A stretch of DNA of 64,000 bases from NCBI GenBank assembly GCA_964057225.1, contig OZ059898.1, forward strand, positions 8,122,001 to 8,186,000, in the 5' to 3' direction. Source of the DNA: Auanema rhodensis (Eukaryota; Animalia; Nematoda). Shown here piece after piece: positions 25,835 through 38,658 of this stretch. Position numbers and translations under genes: made by a program. Below the pieces are notes generated by a model, which made no database searches, was not told where the DNA came from, and worked only from the letters and a program-made list of their open reading frames with translations. The stretch's first letter is position 1. Each line of letters opens with the position of its first letter.

Positions 25835-28816
25835 TTTATATAGTGATAGTGACCTTTAATATTATTTTATAGCTATGCTTTTATTGGTTATGGAATTATT
25901 TTTTGGTACTTGGCAATTCTCATCTGTTGTCTGTACATCATATCTAGTATTTGATTCAATGAACAAGTATGTTGCTTAGTTATTTCACAGAAAGGACGTC
26001 TTTCGTCGAACTTCATAATTGACGGAAGGACATATAAAATTTTATTTTTACATCTCTTACAGAGACAGAGAATAAAAAAAAATTAAATAAATGCAGACAT
26101 AAATGTCATCTATCCATTTCAGATTTATCGCTCCAATGATTGTCTTTCTTATAAGTCGTACATGTTATGCAACAATTTGCTTAGATAAAACTAAGGCTGA
26201 AAGAGCTGCTAGTTTAAAGGTTTGGACTTTCAAACTTAATTTTTTTTTTTGCAAACTGCAAAAGTTCTGCCATGTTGGACTTGAATTCAAACAAACAACG
26301 GATTATTCATCAAAAATACATATTAAATTCAAAGATTGAGGATATTCTTTTCCTTTTTCATTTTGATTTCATTACCTTAGAATGCAAAGTTATTTTTCTC
26401 TGAAAAACATACGAAGATTCTGTTTTCCAAACAGAAAAAGAAAAATATATACATTTTTTCTTTTTTTGGAAAAAAAAGTGTATAGGATACGATATATAAA
26501 TATATATAAATCTATTTATATATATATAATTAATTAATTAACTATTTATTCGGATATACAGTACTTTTTCAGTATGCTGTTATTCAACTGGCTATCGCAC
26601 TCGGATTCGTTCTGGCTCTTGTTTGGCCAGTATTTGCTTATTCACAGGTAATTTAATTTTTTTTATATGTATTCTGCATGAAAGTTTGAAATAATTATTA
26701 TTAGTTCTTGATTTCCTATTTCTTTTGTTTTCAATCCTGCAGATTTCTTCTATTTTATGTTTCATTTTTTTTTAATTTCCACCAAAAAAATTCCTGGAAT
26801 TATTTAAAAAGTTTGATTGTTACAGGTTTTTACATTCTATATCAATCCCAATAGCACAACAAAAGAAGTTACAATTATAAGAAAATGTGGTTTTTTTCCA
26901 TCACAACGTAAGTATATATTGAAATTTTGTAAGAAACATAACTTTAATTAATCTTTTTAGGTATTGAATTTTGGTTCAACTTGATAGCTTGTATTACATC
27001 ATATGCAGTTCCTTTAATTGGAATCATATATTCTTATTTATCAGTTCCATTTTTTCTTAAACGAAGAGCTTTAACAACACTAGTATCATCGAAGTATGTT
27101 TTAATCAATTCTTTTATTTCTGAAACAAACCTGAAACATGAATTATAACAAATGGCGAAAGAGGAAGAAATTTTTTTTGGGCTTTTTAAACAAAAAAAAA
27201 AGATTCTAAAAAGAATTTGAAGCTAAAGATAATAGGAAAACATAACGATATGATTGAGCTTTTAAGAAAAAAAAACATAAATGACATATTTGAATATTCT
27301 TTTAGTTTATTCATGTATAGTTTAAATTACATGGAATAATAGTTAAATTTAAAAAGAAAACTATTGAATTCATAAACATATATAGATGTATATTTACATT
27401 GAATATTTTATTCTTATTTTATAAAAATGAAAATAAATAAAAATATAAAATCAACGATATACAGAAAATTGGGAAAATTATATTTCAATCAGTTACAATT
27501 GCTTTATTATCTTGTATCTTCAAATTTATTTATTCAATCTGTTATAGAAAATAAAATTATTTTAAGAAAAAATAATTTGAAATTTGAAATAAAAATAAAT
27601 TTTTTTCCTCAAAACAGTGTTGATTCATCTCAATTTCTTTTACAGTTCCATTGATAATGCTATGCGTAAAGTCATTACAACTGTTTTATTGCTCACGGCT
27701 ATTTACGTTTTATGTTGGTCGCCATATTGGGTCTCCATGTTTGCACACGACATCTTGCCTGTGGCCCAGAAATACAGTTAGTTTTCGCTTTTCAATTTCA
27801 TATTTTGCTTTCTGAAACATAAACATGGGTGATTTTCTGAATCAAATAGTTAAACTTGTTGATTGAAATCGAATGAACGTTTGAATTTTTTATTTTTCAG
27901 TGGTAATCATATCGTATTTCATACATCTATTACCATACGTCAGTTGTTTAGCTTATCCTGTGATTTTCACTTTGATGAATAGAGGTAATGAGATTTTTTT
28001 TTATTAAAAAAATATAAGAATATTCATAATTGTTATTTTTTCCGTTTAACTTCTTTTCCTTTTTTTCTTGCAGCGAAAAACAATTATATGAAAGTTTACT
28101 GCAAAAATAGATAAATATATATATATATAGAATACAAATACATATATATAATAAAACTTTTTATTAATTATAATTAAAAATATAATATATTTGATTCTTT
28201 TAAGGAATTCGAACAGCCCATGCGAAAATAGTTGCTGATCAGCGTCGAAGATTCCGAAGTTTGACGGATGATGCTACAGTTCATGTTCGAAGCGTAATAC
28301 GGTAAGTATAAATATGTTAGACGAAGAGAAATACCAAAAAAAATGTTAAAGAGGGATAAATAGATGAATGATGACAGAAAAATAGAGAGAGAAAGAGAGG
28401 GAAAGAGAAAGAGACAAAGGTGAAGAAAAAGTGTGAAGAGTTCGTTGCCTTATCATCTTGTTCAATGATGCTTAAGCAAGTAATCTGATTTCAAATCATT
28501 TTCAGAGGTTTCCCTCAACGTCTCAGACAACCAACATCTATACAAGCTGATGGTAAATCTTCGGGTTCTGATTGTGGAGCAAAGTTTTTAGAATTATCAT
28601 ATCGTGAAAAGGTAAGAGAAAATAATTAATTAATTCAAAATATATAATTTTAATAATTAAACAAACTATATTAAATATAAAAATATTTTTTTATAGTCAT
28701 CTGATGGAAATATTAAAAGTCATTTGAAATCAGCCAACTCACCCGATGAAACTTCAAGCTACGATGGAAATTGTTCAGTAACGCTAAGGCTAGAAAATGA
28801 AACATTAATAAATTAA
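21832..28816 (+). CDS. npr-29: Class A peptide GPCR, somatostatin-receptor-like group, NPR-29-like; ~13 exons (exon 1 21832-21891, exon 2 from 25409)
   Basis: MDDETSIYLDWTHQRGVPFQ/GLRKYIAFTYIGFNLVGFIVNIWVFYVVAP...ALCVGDL...GTWQFSSVVC...ISRTCY...CWSPYW...AYPVIF. Seven hydrophobic segments with the TM1 N, TM2 D and TM6 CWxP motifs. It matches my recollection of C. elegans ZC84.4; the symbol is from memory. Confidence 0.88.
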
Positions 28817-30042
28817 AAAAGAAAATCTAGGAACATAAAGTTATTTTTTTGAAGAATTATAAACATAAATATTCATAAATAACTTTTATAATTGTATAAA
28901 ATATTTAATTATATATTATATTAAATATAAAAGAAAATTCTCAATTAAGCAAATGAAGCTTAACATTATAATATCTTCATGTTACAATTATATATTACTG
29001 GGTACTTTGTGACATTTTGATTTATTATCTCTGCGAAAATTTAATTTTAATTTTGTTATTATTTACTTATCACAATCATATTGTACATAAACGATTGTTG
29101 TCTTTAATGAAACATTCTACTTCAAATATTAATTTTATTTATTTTACCAACAATAAGAAAATACGATTTTAATTAAAAATATTTATTATATTCTATGAAA
29201 AACATCAATTACAGTATAGTAAGTATATACATTTCATATGTAGAATAACTAATATAAATCAATTTGTTATAATTTTAATTTTAATCTTTATAAATAAAAG
29301 AAAATTGTCTTCTTTTTCTTTTGTTCCAAATAATAATAATAATAATCATTAATAATCTTCAGAATATTTTCTTAAATAACATGTATAACGTGATTCTTAC
29401 AATTCTAGTGTGAAACATATTCTTTTCGTGCTCACAAAACATAGCATCAACCTACTGTGAAACATTTTCAGATAAAAAACACAAAGAACACCTGAGCAAG
29501 ATAGATTTGAAAGCAAAAAAAAGAAGTTGCAACATAAGAGCCAAATAAAATATGTCAACAATCACAATAATTCTCTTCGGACCCAACTAAGCTGACCAAA
29601 ACCATTTCGGCTTCATTCTATCAAACTTCAAAATGGTTTTAAAAAAATGTTTCCAATATGATTAGAAGAACGATAAACAACTTAATTAATGCATTTTCAT
29701 ATAATATATACTTCTCATTATCATTTTGTCATCAAAATGATATCTGAAATATCTTTAAACACAAATAATTACTATTACAAGACAGTATATGCTCTCTGCT
29801 TTTTCGAAACATTTTTTTGCTCATTTGTCTTCACTGAAATATTTGACGTTTCTTGTTCCACAAAAGGAAAATGCAATCGGCAAACATGTCTCTTCTGAGC
29901 GAAGGATTAAGCAATAGCCTAACCACGTTGCTCTGACCTTTTCGTCGTCTTCATCCATCGTTGTCTTCTTCTGCTCGTAGCGTAGAGAAGTACGACAACA
30001 CTATAGGTGTTCGTTCAATGCTCTGAGTACATAGAGTATGAG

Positions 30043-30156
30043 CAGTCAGGCATGATGAGATAGAATAGCATATCTAGATCATCAAATCTACTATTGTAGT
30101 TTGAAGTTATGTTGCATGATGAGGTTCTCAATCTTCGTTTGTATTCTGATAGATTG
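30043..30156 (+). ncRNA. Candidate box C/D snoRNA (alternatively a non-coding 5' exon of the ptr gene)
   Basis: Box C ATGATGA 30052-30058, D'-like TTGA 30101-30104, C' ATGATGA 30116-30122, box D CTGA 30146-30149. Terminal stem cagtcag/tagattg pairs 6 of 7 including G-U. No target verified. Confidence 0.3.
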
Positions 30157-33100
30157 AGGTAAGCTATTCTTATGTCGCATAATTTTGAATGAGAAAAATG
30201 TTTTTTTTTTCACTAATTTGCGTATTCTCTTCCCTTTTTTTTGTTTTTTTTTATTAACTTTACCGTATAATTTATCTTGTTACTCAAACTATTATTCATT
30301 ATTTTAATAAAATTATGTATTTTATTCCATTATATCAATATTATATATAAAAAAATATAATATTTATTAAATTACTATTAATCAATCAATTACATTTATA
30401 ATTATTTTATATTTAACTTATTTAATTTTGTTTGTTATACATATATATATAGATATATAGATATGATTAGCATAATCTTTCACGTTAGCTTTACGTATGA
30501 TTTTTATTTTATTTTGAAAAATTGTAGATGGTGGTTGCATTGGAATTTTATTTTTTGAGTCTTTGAACTCTTGACAAATTAAAAATTATATGTTTAGTAT
30601 ACTATATTACAAAGATATAATTATTTATTTTAGTCATTATCAAGTATGTTGTTCACTTCTTTTTCGATTTGATTGAACTGTCATTGCTTAAAGCTTATTC
30701 TGTCAAACTTCTCCTTTTTTGTTACTCAATTTGCCCTTTGTTTAAAAGAATTGTTCAAATTAAATGGAAAATGACAATTCTCATATTGAGCTTCTTAGAT
30801 CAACTTCTCTCTTTATCATTTCCTTGTGGTTTGTCTAATTTCAATCCGACACTCATTTAAGCAATGCTTTCATCTCAAAATTCACGTAATGGGTTGTGAG
30901 CCAGACTATGTCTTCACGCCTGTCATTAACGACGTTGTCCAATATCTGACGTCATTGAGGACAACGGAACGTCTACGAATGTTGAAAATGGTGATGAGAT
31001 TTTGAAAACGTTTTTGAATTATCCTGACATTTGGCGATTTCACCAACGTTCTCCATCTATATCCGTCTCAATTGATTCTTAGTTTGTCAAGCTCATTACT
31101 CTGTCAATTAGGTATGAAGTTAATGAAAGCTTTAGTGATCGGGTAATGTGTAAATATAGGTTCATATTCGGATGGGTGGAGTTGAGACAGTCCGCCTACC
31201 GAAATGAAATATGAAAGAAAGATGACGAGAAAGAAAGAGAGACACAGAGAATAGCAAGAGATACATGAATGATGTCGAGATGTGAGATAGAACGAGAATG
31301 TTAAAGAAAGAAAGGAGACAGTATGAAATGGACGATGACCACGAGAAGCTAGGTGAAGCGACAGCAAGACCTCCGTTTGACGCTTTCATCAACTTTTCAT
31401 TCTCGTATTTTGCTTGTGCTGCTTCTCTTATATGTATATAGAATTTAAAGATATTTCTTTTCGATTTTGATTTGTATTAGATATTATATGAAAATAAACA
31501 TATTTAATAATTTATTTATTACATATTGATAAAGAATTATTATTTTCTTCAAGTTTTAAATTTGTAATAAGTTTGTTTTCTTACTTATATTCATGATTTG
31601 GTTGTTTGTTAACAATCACTATGTTACAATACATTCTGATCTTCTTGAAGATTCTTCTGATAATTAAAAAAAATATATTCTTTCTTCTATCTACTTTATT
31701 CGGATTTGTGAAATATCATATATCTAACTATGATAACTTAAATTCTCATCCATTTATAGTGTTGATGAGAAAGTTGAAGTAGATACATCTAACGATTTTC
31801 TCTCATTCAATCTATAGTTTATTCATGACTGGCTCTTTCTGCAATTCATTTCTTTTTTCCTCTTGAGAACATTGTACTTTTTTTGATTCAAACCCTCATC
31901 TGACCATTAGATAGATGAATGTACTGTGTATTGTGAAGGAGAACAAGGTTATATAGAAGACATTGCTGTACATTTTTTGATCTTTTCATCTAGTGAGCTT
32001 ACGTAAACTAGAATTTGGAGAGAATATGTTTAGTTTTTTCCTCATCATCCTTTATAGTATGAAGCCTTGTTTCTCAAGTCCTTCAACTCAATGATGTTAA
32101 CGTTATTGTCTGAAGTTGATAACGATCGAATTACCTAACTTATACAATCTTAAGTGATGAGTTTAAGAAGTTTCTTTAGATGCACTTACAATGTTTAATC
32201 AAACTATTCACTGTATAAACATTTTCTTTTATTATATTTGTTATAGTTAATCAGCGAATAAGAAAAGATTATTTTGATCAAATATCTTTACAATATTTCT
32301 CACTACGAATTGCTTTCAAGTACTGTGTTCATTGACACCCGTTTGAGCACACTTATTCGTATCAGATACACGGAATGATGATGACTTCTTCTCTTCTTTC
32401 TCTTTCCCACTAACTGACCGTTTTATAGAAGGATATCGCTTTTTTTTACATCGTAGATATAGGATCAAAAAAAAATCTCTAAATCTCCTAAAGAAGCAAT
32501 TTTCCAGTTGTGCTCTCTCACTTCATGTCTCCTCCAATTTCTTCGTCTTCACTCTCCGTTCACTCATTATTCTTTCATCTCCTTTTATAGACATTGTACT
32601 CTATATCTTTGTATCATTATTTTTTGTGTTTTTCTCATATTATTTTTTGATCTGCTCTCTTTTCCTTTTGATATTTCATTATCTATGTATCTTTCACTAA
32701 GCTAAACGATCTTTCTTACTCTTATAAGCTGAGTACCATATAGCATCACGTCATATAAGATATCATAGGGACAAGCTCATCGAAAAACGTGCGATGATTT
32801 TCGAGTTTTTCTTTTATCGTTTCGTATCTGTTCCGAATCACTTGTTCTATCTCTTTAACCCCACCTATACTCATTCTCATTCGAGCCTCTTCATGCTTAT
32901 GTGTCTAATGATTTCATAGAATTTTCGATCATTAATATATTAAATTATTATATTTCATAATAATATTTATATTTTATTTTTTTAATTATATCTTTTATAT
33001 ATTAATATACAATTATTATTATTATTTATTTTCTTATTTAGACAGTTGTTCAACAAATCAAGGCAATAAGCAAACTACATTATATTTAACTACTTCCGCC

Positions 33101-33228
33101 TGTTCAACGTTGTCTGATTTTTAACTTAAAAACTTAGTTCTCAGACTATCATCCATTTTAAGTTGTGTTAGTTGCCAATAACCAATGTGTTATTGAATAT
33201 CATCAACTACTGTCTCTACTACCTGAGA

Positions 33229-36200
33229 ATGCGTTTCGATTGTGTCGAACGACAATTTGCTAATCTTTTTGGCAAATATAGGTATGTTAAATGAAAGAAA
33301 GAACAGATATCAATATAAGGTTATACTTTTTCTATCGTATTCTCTATAACAATTCTATTATATCTTCTATATATGTGAGATATTATGTATTCTGTCTGAT
33401 GATGGCTAGTTTTATGTCGGAAGCTTCAATGTTCTTTACATTCAGATTAGAGTAGAGTCCATAGACCGTCCTTTTGCAGGAAAACTTTGCATATAGTATA
33501 TAAGATTATATGCTTTCCCTCTTTGTTTCTATCTGTCATTTCTTCTTACTCGTCTTTTACTCGCTTTTTGCCTGTTGCAAGTCAATCGTTCACCTTTTGT
33601 ATCTACATACAAGCTGTCTGTTCTCGACGTCTAATCGGCTTTCCATAAATCGCAGTGTTTGGACCATCAAATATCTGTAGCAAAACAACAAAAGAACGTT
33701 AAGACATTCAAAAGGAAACTCTGTCTAGATGTAAAGAAAGATATAATATACACATAAGCTTCTTCCTGCTAGTCTGTACTCTGTAGCCATAATGAGGATG
33801 TTCAAATACCGGTATACTACCAGTATAAGCATAAACTTTCCCTGACACACATAATATATCTAGTTCAATTGGATATCAAGATAAATTAGATTGTTTTCTC
33901 TTAAAGTAGAATTTCCAAACTATTATTCATTCAATTGAAAAAGTTCACGTACAGCACGTGACGTAAGTTAAGTGGCTACAGATGATGAGCACTTGGGTGG
34001 CTCGTTCTCTCTCAATTTTTCTTGGTCTCTTGAGCTTGACTAGCCGTTGGCTATTGTCCTCCTCTGCTCAATAAGAGCATCGAAGTACCCTTGACTCCAA
34101 TTAGAATAGCAATCTATGAAATGATTTATAATAGGATTTTATAGAGAAATTTTGGAACATTTTCAAGTTGAATCTTAAGATCAAAATTGATTTGAAAGTT
34201 TGTGATACATGAGATGATAGAAGAATATTTGAATGTTGAAAATTTTTAAAATTAATATTACTTTTTCACAATAATTTGTATAATTTTCAGTGGAATAGTG
34301 GTAAGGCATCCCCTTCCATTTATTATATTTCCTTTTCTATTATCATGTGCCCTATCGACAGGACTTCTAAATCACAAAAAGGTAAGTCAAAATGTTTAAT
34401 TTTCAAAAAAACTTTTCATTTTTCTAAATATTGAGTAATAAGTTGACTAAAAAGAAAGAAAAAGGGATAATATATTTGTATAATTGACTGTATTGCTTTT
34501 GAGGATATTTGAAATCATTATAAATTTTATATTGACTTTAGTTTGATATTTTAAAAATGAGAAGATAGAGAATGAGAATGTCAATTAACAATCTCTCAAA
34601 AGCTCCCGAATCTTTGTTTTTCACAATCAAATAGTCTAGTTATGGAAGATAGTTCATCTAAATGGATGGGAAGTAGAGTAGAGGAAGTAAGCTTAACCTG
34701 TGCAGACAGCTCTAAAAGAGATACCTACGTGATGAGGATGAGGACAAATAGTTTTAAGAAAACACTTATCGTTACCTATTTCTCTCCCTCTTACCCATAT
34801 TCATCTCTTTTACTTCTAACAGTTTTTTTTGTCTGAGAGGGTCAAACATCTTGTATGGGAATGTCTGATATTGTATCCGTTTGAGCTAACTATATATAAT
34901 GATTAAGACAAGGAATAAAGAAAGATCAAATTTACATATTATATATATATATTTATAATTAAAAAAAAAACTAATTATTTATTTATTTAATAATTACATT
35001 TATTGATAGGCATTTATGAAGGATGAATTGGAATTATACACACCAACTGATGCTCAAGCTCGAAAAGAGTTAGAACAATTAGATCAATTGTTTCATATTA
35101 ATGATTCGGATCCATTTTATGCCACACGAAGGTAAATTTAAACATCTCTAAATTGTTTATTATTATTTTTTTTCAATTTTATCATAAATGCGCATCATTA
35201 TGGTAAATAATCCCACATTTTGAGTGACGCTCACTTAAGTTCAAATGACCCGATTAGATGTTTGTTGTAGTTTCTTAACCAAAACAAAAATAGTTTCTTC
35301 TTTTTATTTATTTGAAAAAAAATCAATTGTTATATGTATTAATATACAATTGAAATATAAAAATGAAAACAACTTTTTTCTTATTTCGTGGCACTTCTGT
35401 ATAAACTGTTGATATATAGACAGTGAATGAATGAAGTTCATCTTGATTCTTGATTGTTGTGGTTTTTAGTTTCCTATCCGAGTTCAACACAAAAATTTGC
35501 AAAAAACTATACGAACTCACAATATGACATGGTTATAATGGTGATGATGTGGTGGTTGCGAATAGTATTGGCTAAAGTGCGCGAACCCAAAATCTACCGT
35601 TTCTTAGAGCTCAATCAGTTGTTCTTTATGTCTCAAACTTTAATCCCGAGCGAACGCAGATATCAGAAAAAAGTTAGAAAGAAAGCAATTGTTTTCAGCC
35701 TAAGCCATGAGCAAACTAAGTCGGATCAGTCTTTCAAGTTGATCCTGTATTTTGTAGGAAAGAAAGCTAAACACACTGTTCTCGTTTTCCTGGTTTTCAA
35801 TGTAGCTCAGTAAATTTTGACTTCAACCCGGTAAATGGCGGCTGGAATAAGGAATAGAATATTCGTAGAGAGGAAGGAAGAGAAAAGGTGAAAATCAGTT
35901 CTATGTGAGTGTGTGTGTGTGTGTGAGTCGTATGGTTGACAAACAAACAAGCAAACAATCAATTGCTCACCGCCGATTATCTCCTTTTTCTGCAACCATT
36001 CAGTCATCTCTCTCTCTCTCCGTGCATTCTTCTTCCAGTTCAGTTGACTGTTCGACGGACCGGCTGACTGACCAAGAGGAACGTCGTCGTCGTTGTCGCT
36101 ACTTTCGTCCTGTATATTGGTATGATGCGAAAAATTGTTTGTGAAGAGCAGTGCCTCCAATGAGATTTGATACATTGATGGATTCAGAATAGCAACCAAC

Positions 36201-38600
36201 CAATGTTTGAGGGAAAAATTGAAATAAGAAACATATGAGCAACGAAATATTAGAAGTTCTTTAATACAATTTATACTTGTGCTAGTATATAATAATATTA
36301 CAAAATACAAATAATCAATAATTGTTGTTGTCAACTTATAAATATTTTATTTTTAGATATGATATTAAAAGAGCTGGTTATATCATTGTTACTCATCGAG
36401 AGGAAGATGCTGATATTCTGAATCCATTAGTTATGCATGCAGCTATGCAGTTATGGAGCGTAGTTCAGGTTTGTTCTTATAAATCCTAAAAGAAACAACT
36501 GAACTCATATATGAATAAAAGAATAATAATTCTGTTTTATAGTCTATGACAGTTGAAGATGAAGCTGAACGCAGAATTAATTATCCAAGTATCTGCGTAA
36601 AATTTCCCATTCCTCCAGAATTCAGCAAGACTCTTCATTCCATTTTTTCGCCAAACATAACAACGTGAGTTCTAAACCTTACACATTAAAGTAAACATGA
36701 ATAGTACATTCAAAATAACGCATTTCGGTGGTTCGTTTCCTTGTAAGTGATTTTTCATGTAATAAAAAAAAAGTTGTTCTCTTTGCCGTAGACTATTCTG
36801 AAAGGAAATTCGACACCTTACAGAATTTCGCTCATTTCCATTGATTACGCCTTTTAAATTATTATTTCCAGTCTTGAGAGTGTTTTGTCAAGAAATATAA
36901 GTGAAATTTCGGTTAGCTTTCGTTTGATTTTATTAAAGAAAAAAACTGATGAAGGGGAAAAAACCGATGTAAACAGCTTCATGATTCTCAACAGGTTCAT
37001 GGATTTATGTTTTTAATCTACACACTATCTGGATAGTCAGCAAATTGTTTTGCACATGTTCTCACTTTTTTCGGGAGCTTCGATGGTTGATTGTAAAATA
37101 CAGTGAAGTTTGAAAAACGGACCTATTCTAAGTCAATGGAAAGTCTAGATCTCCCTTGATGCGACAGTTTAGAGAGGTTCAAATAAGAGAAATAGTGTGT
37201 ATTACGACTAGAGTAAGAGTTATGTATGACAGTAACGTCTTAACGCGAAACTCTTTTACTGTTTGGATGTTTAGCCAGAGATGAGATGAGAACAAGGGAT
37301 GTTAGAAAAAAACGAAGTTTATTTAAGAAATATAATAAATAGTTGAAATTGAAAGTCATTGTTTATGATCCTATATCACAACTATAACTGTGTTAATTTA
37401 TCTTTAAATATACAAATTAATCAGATTTTTATTTAAACTTATTTTAGGCCAGATGAGATATGTGTATCAAATCCTTTGGTTGAAATGTTCAAACTTTTAC
37501 TAGTAGCCGATCGTTCAATTTTGAATAGATCTATTGATGATATGACATTAGGACAAATATCAGATGCCATTCGTTTTGATTCTGGAGGAATGACACATTT
37601 ACTTGGTGGTGTCACTTTAGATGAAGATCGCCGTATAAGTGGTGAGTTTCAATACTTTATTATATAATTAATTAAATATCATATTGTATAGGGGCTAAAG
37701 CTATGATGTTACCTTATGCCTTAAGGCATTCATCAGAAAATGAAGATTATCTAGCTGAAAAATGGGAATTACGTCTCGCGGATTTTCTATTACAGGTAAG
37801 TCAGTTTCTATTCGTTTTTTTTATAAATTTCATCCATCAATTAGATTATTTTAACTATGCTTTAGTATGATTCTCCTGTTATCCGCGCAAGTTGGTGGAC
37901 ATATGAAACATTAGCTGCAGAAAGTGCTCGAGATCGAAATCAATTAATTAGGTAATCATTGTAGTTAAATATAATATAATTATATCTAAATAATTGTTTA
38001 GTATGCTCGTTCCATGTTTCTTGGCAGTTTCAGTATATACAATAGCTATGTGTTGTGTGGCATCTTGGAGGAGATCAAGACCATGGTAAAACAAAATCTT
38101 CTTTTCGCTTTAAAAAACGAAATTGTGATGTAAAATCAATTTCAGGCTTGCAGTTGGTGGTGTTGTATCTGCAGCTATGGCTATATCTTCAGCTGTTGGT
38201 TGTCTTCTATGGTTAGGATTTGGAATGACTTCTGTAGCTTATTCCATGCCGTTCATCGTTTTCTGTAAGTTTTGAATATGTATTTTGAAATGATATTTCG
38301 TATAACAATCACTAAAATTTTTATTAGCTCTCATTACGATATCATATGAACTAATTGTTCAACCTTGCTTAAATTTCTCTCTTGAATGCTTGAAGATTAT
38401 AGTTCTCTTCACTCGTCAAATATATTAGATGGTCAATATAAATTACTTTGAATGGCGTGTGGCTAGATCTTAGAAATCTTGACTCATCTTTCGATATTCG
38501 AAAGTGGCTTTGGCGAGCATAAAATAAAGCAACTGCATGCCTACTCTATCTCCTTTCCTTTCTCTCTCTCTCTCTCCCTCTCTCTCTCCCTCTCTCTCTC

Positions 38601-38658
<58 letters not shown>

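Noticed and set aside
35807-36334. 175-aa minus-strand ORF inside a ptr intron
   Set aside because: Non-ATG start, built from microsatellite and low-complexity sequence, with no domain or splice support.
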